From assembly GCF_006345805.1 (NCBI RefSeq), contig NC_043005.1, forward strand, positions 38,068,001-38,132,000: a DNA stretch of 64,000 bases, in the 5' to 3' direction. The stretch comes from Octopus sinensis. Its lineage: Eukaryota. The notes below the pieces were generated by a model. It was not told the DNA's origin. It saw only the letters and a program-made list of their open reading frames with translations, and searched no databases. Positions 54,062 to 64,000 of this stretch are shown here, piece by piece. The stretch's first letter is position 1. Each line of letters begins with the position of its first letter. The translations under genes and the position numbers were made by a program.

Positions 54062-54510
54062 TCCATCATCATTGTTTAACGTCCGCTTTCCATGCTAGCA
54101 TGGGTTGGACGAATGACTGAGGGCTGGCAAACTAGATGGCTTCACCAAGCTTCAATCTTGATCTGGCAGAGTTTCTATAGATGGATGCCCTTCCTAATGC
54201 CAACCACTCTGCGAGTGTAGTGGGTACTTTTATGTGCCACCAGCACGGGGCCAGTCAGGAAGTACTGGCAACGACCTCACTCGAATCTTTTACACATGCC
54301 ACCGGCACAGGTGCCAGTAAGGCGATGCTGGTAATGATCACGCTCGAATGGTGTCTTTTACGTGCCACCGGCACAGAGGTCACATAGCCACTCTGGCAAC
54401 GATCACGCTCGGATGGTGCTCTTAATACCCTACTAGCACAGGGCTCTAGTGCCAGGAGGGCGACGCTGGTAACGATCACACTCGGTTGGTGCCTTTTAAG
54501 TACCACTATA
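54062..54510 (-). mobile_element. RTE-type tail with about 60-bp GC-rich tandem repeats
   Basis: The unit ...gtgccaccggcac...ctggcaacgatcacgctcg is repeated 4-5 times at 54220-54505. Confidence 0.7.
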
Positions 54511-54574
54511 CATACACACACATACATGCACATATATATGTACATATACACACGCACATACATATATATACGGT

Positions 54575-54985
54575 GCAGACATGGCTGTTTGTTTAGTAGT
54601 TTGCTTCCCAACCACACAGTTACAGGGTTCAGTACCACTGCATGGTAGCTTGGGCAAAAGTATTTTATGAATGTTCCAGGCCAACTAAAGCTTTGTAAGT
54701 GGTTTGATTTGGTTGACAAAAACTATTAGAAGTTCATCGTGTACATGAGTGTGTGTGTGTATGTTTGTTTTATTTTACTGATATATGTTAGTCGTAAATG
54801 AGTGTCTTGTCGCACAAGCAGTGTTATTCACTTCCAATAATCTGAAAAAAACATGTCTCGCCATAGATATGTTCTCTTGCTTGGAAAGAGGTGAGGGTTG
54901 ATGACAGAATGGTGCTGTAGAATAATAGCCTCAACAAATTTTGTCTGACCCATAAAAGCATAGAAAAGAGACATTAAAGCAATGA
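54575..54985 (+). mobile_element. CORE-type SINE with RTE-like tail
   Basis: Same architecture as 2135-2560. Confidence 0.65.
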
Positions 54986-55260
54986 TATATGTATGTGTCT
55001 ACTTATTTGTTTTAATCTGTCACTTAGGCATTGCAAGATTAATGACTGACTGTAGAACTCAATATACATATGCTTCAGAGTGAAGCGTTAGTTGAGTGCA
55101 GTGCAATAATAATGAAATAAGATGTCAAGGGAATAAACAATTATCTGAAGTCCATAAGATAATCATTTATTCTTTGGTCATCTTATCTTATGTATGTACG
55201 TATGTTTATCTGAGTACATATATTTGTGTGTGTGTGTGTGTGTGTGTATGTATAAGTATG

Positions 55261-55302
<42 letters not shown>

Positions 55303-55422
55303 CATTTTAAATACACAACCAAAAGAGCTACTGATAGTTTCATACTTTTATGATACTTGAACAGGCATATTTACAAAGTATGCCATGTATCTTGAAGCAA
55401 TCTTTCAGGCTCTGTTTATGTG

Positions 55423-55464
<42 letters not shown>

Positions 55465-55472
<8 letters not shown>

Positions 55473-55805
55473 GTTGTATACTGTCAATCTAATGCGAACG
55501 TGACAGTAGGGGGTTACACCACCACTGTTTAGCCCTAGGAAGCATCGATGCTTCCTGCTGGCTTCGACACATTTTTCCTGTGTCCTTATATACATTTACG
55601 AAGGGGAGACAAACACCCCCAGCAGCCAGGCCTGCATCTAGAGACACGCATGTTTCAGGATCCTTGTCCATCATCGGTCTAGAGTAGCAGACGCCCGCCA
55701 GCTGTTGATATCTGTCCCAATTCGCAAATGTATAGGGTTAAACAGCGGTGGTGTAACCCCCTACTGTCATGTTCACGTTAGATTGACAGTATACAACCAT
55801 TCTAT
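55465..55805. mobile_element. MITE with about 73-bp terminal inverted repeats
   Basis: 55465-55537 is the reverse complement of 55733-55805 with few mismatches. TA at the ends; GC-richer non-coding interior. Confidence 0.8.
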
Positions 55806-56593
55806 CGCCCCACCACTGTACATATCTCTATGAGAGATTTAGAAATTTAATATTTCTGATATATATATATATATATATCATCATCATCCTCATCACCGTT
55901 TAACGTCCGCTTTCCTTGCTAGCATGTGTTGGACGATTTTGACTGAGGGCTGGCGAACCAGATGGCTGCACCAGGCTCCAGTCTTGATTTGGCAGAGTTT
56001 CTACAGCTGGATATATATATATATTAAAAACAAGGATGTTGGGCAGCACCTGTAAGATTACTTTAATATACATGGTGTATTTTATGAATAAGCCTGTACA
56101 AGTATCATAAAAGCATGTAACTATTAGAAGCTCTTTCGATTGTGTATTTATATTGATATTTATCTCTCACTGGATGGAGTAAATGTTTTGTTGATTTTAT
56201 CTCTATTGGATCTTTAAACTATATATATATTTATATATATGTATGTATATACAGACAGACAGACACACACACACAAATATATATATATATATATATATGT
56301 ACCCAACCATGTTGTCTTGAATTCAGTCCCTCTGTATGGTAATTTGGGCAACCTAGTCAAAGCACCACATGGTTGTTTTTGCTTTAATATCCATTTCTCA
56401 ATCCTACTTGAATGGGTCGAATGGAATTCAATGACACAGATTTTTTTCCCATGGCTAGATGCCCTTTCTTGTGGCCTACCCTTACTTTTCTCCTGGCAAG
56501 GTAATATTCACCTATGGCCTGATATCATGGAAGTTTGAAAATAAATGACAATCTATTCTTACAATATACATGCACAATACACATAACACACAC

Positions 56594-56638
<45 letters not shown>

Positions 56639-56826
56639 GAAGATACTTGCAAGAGTTATCATGCAGTGTAACAGAACCTGAGACCACATTCTTAAGCACA
56701 CAGCCATTCCTGCTATAAAACCATAGCAAAAATAAATTAAAAGAAATATCTATTTTCATATACTTTTGTAATTGTCACATTCTTTATTTTGTTTTATTTA
56801 TATTTGTTTTTTCTTAAACATTTCAG

Positions 56827-56918
56827 ATGCAATGTGAGGACAACTTTCGACGGCCCATCTTTCTCCACTCAGTGTCAGGAGAATGGATCGTGGTCACATC
56901 CCCCTCCAAAATGCTGGG
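56827..56918 (+). CDS. Internal coding exon, C-terminal half of the same Sushi/CCP domain
   Basis: Acceptor tttcttaaacatttcag| and donor |gtaagt. 92 nt, phase 2 to phase 1, reads (R)CNVRTTFDGPSFSTQCQENGSWSHPPPKCW(G), with the C...C-x3-G-x-WS-x-P-x-P-x-C motif. Joins the 49041 exon in frame (AG+A = Arg). Confidence 0.92.
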
Positions 56919-57345
56919 GTAAGTTTGTTTTTTTCCCTTCTTTTACAATTTTATGCATGGAAATATCAAGTTTTAAATACATCCCATACAGTGTGTATAT
57001 AAAAATAATATTCAACAAGAAATGTACTTAGAAATGAAATGAATAAGATACAATAACATCATAAGACAGTATGTACTCAACACAAATAGTGTTGATTACC
57101 CTTCTCTTTGAAGAGTAGTGGTACGATTGGAGATTTTAGGAGGTAGAAGGGTGTACTATCTTCTGTACAATAGATCATCATCAAAAGCAACAACAGCATG
57201 AAGATATAATCCACAGCTATTTCACATTTACAGCACATTGCTTCACTTTAAGAACAGATTATTTTGAATTCTTTGTAATTTTTATTTTACATTCCTCATT
57301 AAGTCTTATCAGCAAAGACATTCAACACTTCTATAGCATTTCAGC

Positions 57346-58450
57346 TATTCAAGGTCTGATCAATAAGTATCCAGAGTGGTGCTATAAAAACAAAACTACA
57401 ACACGTACCAATTTGGCATGTAATCTCCTTCAAAGCAGTCACCTTCGGAAGCCACACACTTAACCCAGCACTGTTTTCATTGATGGAAGCATTCCTGGAA
57501 CTTGTTTTCTGGGATAACCAGCAGCTGCCACATCACATTCTCTTTGACTTCCTCGACGTCCTGAAATCTTCTTCCTTTCAAGCGGGATTTGATTTTTGGA
57601 AAGAGGAAAAAGTCACAAAGGGCGAGATCTAGGGAATACGGTGGCTGTCAGACATGGGGAATGCTGTGCCTAGCCAAAACTGCTGCACAAGCTGCACTGA
57701 ATGGGTAGGTGCATTGTCATGGTGCAATTGCCACTCACTGGACACATGCAATTGTGGCCTTTTCCAACAAATAGCATCCCACAAATGCTGCAGAACATCA
57801 CGATAGTACTCCTTGTTTACTGTTTGACCAAGTGGAGCATACTCATGATGAACAGTCCCCTCATTTGTGCTTTCTTCAGTCTCAGAGAGGTTGGGATCTT
57901 CCACTGTGAAGACTGAGCCTTTGTTTCAGGATCACAAGCATCAACCCACGATTCATCACCCATTATAACAATTTTCAAAAAATTTTCATCATTCTCAACA
58001 CGGTCAAAGAGATCTTGTGCAACTGAAATCTGAGTGTCCTTTTGGTCAGCTGAAAGCAGTTTTGGCACAAACTTGGCTGACACACATCTCATACCTAAAT
58101 CTTTCATGATCATGGACTGAAATGAACCTTAACTTATCTGCACATCCTCTGATAACTCACAGATGGTGATTTGATGACTTCCCCTCACAGCTGCATGCAT
58201 ATCTGTGATGTTTTCTCAGTTCTACTGGTTGCAGGTCTCTCAGAACGTTTGTCACTATCGACATTTTTTCAGCCATCTTGGAAATGTCTGAACCAGTCGT
58301 ACACTTGTGTGCAGTTCATACACTTTCTGCAACTTTGCATAGGCCATTGAGCAGGTATCACCAAGCTTTTGGCAAAATTTGATGCAGATTCTCTGCCCAA
58401 CTTTCTCTGTCATGGTCAATGTGACGATCATATGCTACACATGTTCCTTC
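57346..58450 (-). mobile_element. Decayed mariner (DD34D) DNA transposon; transposase pseudogene about 57420-58413
   Basis: MTEKVGQRICIKFCQKLG start; VSAKFVPKLLS, MGDESW, HHDNAPTH, YSLDLALCDFFLFPKIK and EGDCFEGD motifs with stops and frameshifts. TIR-like caaggtctgatcaataagtatcc at about 57350; the other TIR is not seen. Confidence 0.9.
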
Positions 58451-59399
58451 CAAGGACTGCTGAAAACTTCTATGACTTCTTCAAAACCCTACATTATCTG
58501 CTACTGACACCAACATCTCAAATTTAATATGGATTCTCTGCTGGTGAAAACCTGTAGAGTCATGGATGCAGTCTGACCAGATTGTTTTACCCAATGCCAT
58601 TGATAACTGAGAGGTTTTCTTCACCTATGACCCAGACATAATATCCAATGTATTCATAATGTTGAACTTTATCCAGAAGTTGACAATAATGTTTATCCTC
58701 CCTAATTGCTATAATGAGTTGGTTAAGCCTTTATCAAATAATATGCCATGAAATTAGATATAACATCTTGATTGTGATTGACTTAAAAACTGTGCCAAAA
58801 CAGACAGTCTTTTGCCTGGCCAGCTCCTGTCAAACCATCCAACCCATGCCAGCATGGAAGGTGGATGTAAAATGATGATAATGATGATGATCCATTTTCT
58901 GGAGCAAAAAATTTTTGTTCTTAAGAATATATTTCATTCTCATTCTATCAAAAAGATCAGTTAAGTTTGCTGATTTGTATTGTCTGAAAGGGATAATGCT
59001 TTATTGGAAATATTATGTTGGCCAATAATTTTCTGAAGTAGAGCCACAAAATTGACTGTAAACCCATTTTGGAAAAGCGTGATAGTCATCCTAGCCCTCT
59101 TATTTGAGCATCAATCCACAGGTAAATTAAACTTAGTATAACTTTTCAAAGTCCTTGGATTTTGAGGAAGCTGCTCACACACACATGCACACACATACAC
59201 AGGAACTTCCATTTTATATCAGCTGCAGCGTTTGTATCAACAAGAAGCATCAGATGGTTTTTTAAATCTTTAAAAGCTGGTGCTCATTTTTATCGTTACT
59301 AAAAAGAACTAATAGACAAGCACTTTCAGAAAAGTTCAATACTGTACATTCACTCGTGTATAGTCACCTTCAGTGATAATTTTCTTCAGTTCATCATCA

Positions 59400-59845
59400 T
59401 CATCATCATCTACTATCATCGACATCATCATTGTAACATCTACTTTTCCATGCTTGCATGGGTTAGACAAAATTTACTGAGATGGATTTTTACAGCTAGA
59501 TACTCTTTCTGTCACCAACACTCACCCGTTTCCAAGTGAGGTAATATTTCCCTTATGACCAGACATATTTCCACAGAAGACTGAAAATGAAAAGCACTGC
59601 TTTTATGATAGTGACACTTGTTTACAACTATCATGCAATGTGAAAACAAAAAGACAGTAACACATGCACATACACTCACACACATATATTACACAATGGG
59701 CTGCTTTCAGTTTCCTTTAACCAAATCCACTCACAAGGCTTTGGTCAACCTAGGGTTATAGTAGAAGACACTAAGCCAAGGTACTATGCAGTGGGATTGA
59801 ACTTGAAACTATGTAGTTGGGAAGCAAACTTATTACCACATAGCA
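59400..59845 (-). mobile_element. CORE-type SINE with RTE-like tail
   Basis: Reverse complement of the 2135-type architecture. Confidence 0.7.
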
Positions 59846-59919
59846 ATGTCTGTCTACAATAATTTGTTGTGGCCTCTGTATCATTATTAGCAATTTTACC
59901 CGTGATTTTAAAGTTGTGT

Positions 59920-60320
59920 GTGGCTGTGTGTTAAGAAGCTTGTTTCCTAACCACATGGATCTGGGTTCAGTCCTACAGCATGGCACTTTGGGCAATTATC
60001 TTCTACTATAGCCTCAGGCCAACCAGAGCCTTGTGAGTGGATTTTGTAGATGGAAACTGAGAGAAGCCCATCATATATATGTGTGTGTGTGTGTGTGTGT
60101 GTCTTTGTGTCTGTATTTATCCCCCACCACCACCATGCTCTCTTGGCAAGCAATGCTGGTGTGTTTATGTCCCATAAATTAGCAGTTCAGTGAAATGAAA
60201 CTGATGGAATAAGTACTAGGCTTACAAAGAATAAGTCCTGGGATCAATTTATCCAACTAAAGGTGGTGCTCCAGCATGTCTGCAGTCAAATGACTGAAAC
60301 AACTAAATGAATAAAAGAAT
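59920..60320 (+). mobile_element. Full-length CORE-type SINE
   Basis: ggctgtgtgttaagaagcttgtttcctaaccacatgg...gaaacaactaaatgaataaaagaat. Confidence 0.82.
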
Positions 60321-61550
60321 AAGAAAAATCTTTGTAGCAGATGTTGTACCTTCAAACTCCTTCAAATTATAATGCAAAATTTTAGCTTTCACTTCAGTGA
60401 CTGTTATGTTTATTAGTACATATTATATGTACACACATCAAGGGCTTATCTGAAGTGATGCTTAACTGCATCACTTCATATTTGTAAAAAAATTAAATAA
60501 TGTCCAGGTTTTTAATTGAGTAACTACTTTAGCACTTACTCTAAACTTTGAAGATCATCAAGTTTAACCCTTTGGTATATAAACTGGCCATATCTGACCC
60601 ATAATGTTTTACCTGTCATATGTCCAAACTGTTCTGTCATTCAAATCATAAACAATTACATCATCGAAATCTCAGATCTACTAGTTAGTACATGATTAAT
60701 TCAAAACAGTGTGAATTGAGTAATCTGAATGCTAATAGGTTAATGTCTACTTTAATCTCTTTTTATAGCTTCTTTATATAATACTGCCTTCACTTCCAAA
60801 TTTTAGTCTCTTTCCAGCCATCTTGGACAAGTGTAGATAGTAAAATTTGAGGAAATTATTGATGTTCTTTCTTGGCAAATAGTAGTAAACTTATTTAATT
60901 TAATTATTTAGAGACAGAAATATAAGAAAATTCTGAAAAAAAAGTGGAGGGATGAAGTAGTGGGGGAAGTATTTTTTGGTTCGAGTTAGTACCAAGTCAC
61001 AGGTCAGTTGAATTGGTGCACTTATAAACAAGCTCAGTTGAGTGCCAAGAAGACAGCAAGTAGAAACTGACAAGTATGATGAGGTCCATGAGAAAAGCAA
61101 GGCCAATTGAAGTGGTACATTCACAAATAAAGTGGAGAGCAGAGGAAGGAATATATTTTCAAACAGCTTGCATATCGTGATATTATTTTACCTGTAATGT
61201 ATATATTTCTGTAAGACTGGAATTATAGGCTGAAGCTTGAAATAAATGGCATACTTTGCAAATTATTCACACACACACACTCAAAACTTCTTTCAGGTTC
61301 TATCTACCAAATCCACTTATAAGCCTTTGTTCAGCTCAGGGCTATAGTGGAAGACACTTGCCCAGGGTACCACACTGTGGGATTGAACTTGAAAGCACAT
61401 GGTTAAGGTGTACGTAATCTTATAAAGCAAACAGCTATTTGCATATATAAATATATATCTATATATATCCATATCCATCCGTCCATCCATCTATCTATTC
61501 TATCCACCCATCCCTCTATATATATGTATGTGTGTATATATATATATATG

Positions 61551-61617
<67 letters not shown>

Positions 61618-61998
61618 CTAGCTACTTCACATGTTGCAAGATCAGTGACTGATTGTCACCTATTTTTCTATATATTGCAAGATGGAGTGAACTACTGCTA
61701 TCTCTAGTGGATGGGTGTCCACCACTGAGTATGAGCACAAATAGCTCGAAACCATACAGTCTCATGGTCCTGTTGTCACTGGAAGATGATAAGGGTTCAC
61801 TCCCCTGCTTGCAATATATATCAGGTGCAGATCACATTGATAACCAGCTGGAGGAGTTGCCCTCCTGGGGTACAAACGTCTGAACTGCCATGTTGATGTG
61901 GCAACAAACATTATTTTTCAGTATAGTTACTACTTTCATTTCTTACAGAGATTTTCTAACTAGCTACTTTGCTTGTTATATATATATAAAGATAAACG

Positions 61999-62286
61999 TC
62001 ACCCTTTTCAAGCCTAGCCAGGCTCATGGATCCGGTTTCCCGGTTTCTGTGGCGTATGTGTTCCCCCTAGCTGGACGGCATGCCAGTCCATCGCAGCATT
62101 ATTCATGAAACAGGAAGAGAGAGTGAGAGAAAGTTGTGGCGAAAGAGTACAACAGGAGTCGCTAGAGCCTCATGGAGCTTTTAGGTGTTTTCGCTCAATA
62201 AACACACAAAACACCCAGTCTAGGAATCGAAACTACGATCCTCCAACTGTGAGTCCGCTGCCTTAACCACTGGGCCATTGCACCTC

Positions 62287-62288
<2 letters not shown>
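61999..62288 (-). mobile_element. tRNA SINE of the same family as 42757-43059
   Basis: Shares gagagaaagttgtggcgaaagag and the gagtccgctgccttaaccactgggccattgcacctccac head. Confidence 0.75.
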
Positions 62289-62321
<33 letters not shown>

Positions 62322-62989
62322 CATCATCATCATTATCATCCTTTAACATCCTTCTTCCATTTTGTTTTTTCTTTCTTGCATGGACCTGAGTGTATCTAGC
62401 TCTAATGTCTGCTTTGGTAAGGTTCTGTGGCTGGATATCATTCCTAGAATGGCTTGGTCTACAGATGACTTGTTAATCCCTAATTCTCTCCCGAAGCTAG
62501 CTGCTGATGAAGTATTTCTTGAGTGTCATCATAGTTGGTCATTTATTTACTCATTTAAAAGCCTAGAACATTAGCGTTATTATTGTCAAGGTAGGCATGT
62601 CAATTGTTTGTATAGCATCACATAAACTGTTTTGTGCCTCTGGGCAGAATTGGCTACAAACTTCCTGTCTAATTAAGAAATCACTAATGATCTTACTAAG
62701 TGGGTTAGCTACCTGAATAAGAGAAGATAATAAAATAGTGTCTCAGGTGTGAAGGGTTTAAGATCCTTGATCAGCGAATGTAATCTAGCATAGGACAACA
62801 ATAGCATTTAACATTACTTGTCCAATAGTTTCAGCTTAACTAAGAAATTAGAAACCCATTTATCAATTATCCTACCCTACTTTCTCTTTCTCTCTCCTTA
62901 TAAATGTGTGAATGTGTGTGGGGGAGAGAAAGACAGACAGACATACAGAGAGAAAGAAAGAGTAATAAATTGATAAATGACGAAGCAAT

Positions 62990-63213
62990 TTCTGCATACA
63001 CATACACATATATGTATACGTTTTATGTGTGTATATAATATATATATATATATATATATACACATACACATACATATACACACATATTTTTATATATGCG
63101 TATGTATATATATATATATATATATACACACTTACACATACATATATATACACATACACATATTTTTATATATGCGTAGGTATATATATACATACACATA
63201 TTTTTATATATGC

Positions 63214-63250
<37 letters not shown>

Positions 63251-63360
63251 CACATGTGTAATATGTATGTGTGTATATATATATATTTGTATACAGTCCT
63301 ACATACATTCATTCACACATACACACTCTTACACATACATACATACATACACTCTAGCAC
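62990..63360. repeat. Compound TA/CA microsatellite with a 3-copy minisatellite (acatatttttatatatgcgt)
   Basis: Direct reading; copies near 63080, 63157 and 63197. Confidence 0.8.
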
Positions 63361-63776
63361 ATGCACACTCAACTCTATCCACCTAGCTAACTGATTATCC
63401 ATCAATCTATTTATCTATTAGTTCAGCTATTTATCAGTTGATTACAAAATCAATCAGTAATCCCACAGAATTGATCTAACAATATGGTTGACATTCCTCA
63501 ACTGATAAACTTTCAAGTTCTTGTTCCTCAAGGAATGGAATCAACCAATAATTCAGCCCTGCCATTACAGAAATTGCATGATTTAGTGGCAAGACAGGAT
63601 AAAATTCTGTCAACTGTTTAACGGTTTGGGATTCTTAACTAGACAATTTGTTGTGGTCTATCCTTAGGCAAGATATTAATTTTACTTCTTTAGAATGTAA
63701 TTCCTTAATTCAGTCTCCATTTATTATCTTCTCTGTGTGTGTATGTATACATATATAAATATTTGTGTGTGTGTGC

Positions 63777-63824
<48 letters not shown>

Positions 63825-64000
63825 TATATATTAGAAGTTTTGGAGATGATGTACAGGTATTTTATATTCGAAGAAATGAGGTACTCAGAAATTCGGATGG
63901 TTTTATATTTACAGATATTTATTTGTATATTACATGTTTTCATACATCATATAACTTATATCATATATTAGTGCTTTCATCCATTCTAGTGGAGTTTTCA

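Noticed and set aside
63868-63900. TCGAAGA-AA-TGAG GTA CTCA-GAAA hammerhead-like half (related copy near 53947)
   Set aside because: The core is scrambled, the cleavage position is G, and there is no stem I; noted only as a two-copy repeat family.

Overview
AT-rich, microsatellite-dense eukaryotic genomic DNA. The SINE and RTE-tail repertoire is typical of Octopus (inferred from repeat content). Only two convincing coding exons were found, at 49041-49125 and 56827-56918 (+). They splice in frame into one complete Sushi/CCP domain (ETNCGLPGPLRNGYLDGHRTTVGAVFFFRCNVRTTFDGPSFSTQCQENGSWSHPPPKCW), probably from a lev-9/Hasp-like multi-CCP gene. The rest is probably intronic and packed with tRNA-derived SINEs, RTE 3' ends, a decayed CR1-like LINE (about 29.0-31.1 kb), a decayed mariner transposon (about 57.3-58.4 kb), a MITE and Penelope-like remnants. 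The most striking unannotated signal is a set of minimal type-I hammerhead ribozyme motifs: four with an intact core and clean fold (8932, 10086, 11156, 38577), one intact-core motif with a short stem I (45134), and several degenerate ones. They sit in fold-back inverted repeats, downstream of a GIY-YIG fragment, and in the tail of a tRNA-headed SINE. Several long inverted duplications are also present, some nested. Almost all ORFs in the supplied track are microsatellite or repeat noise. Repeat boundaries were read by eye and are approximate.
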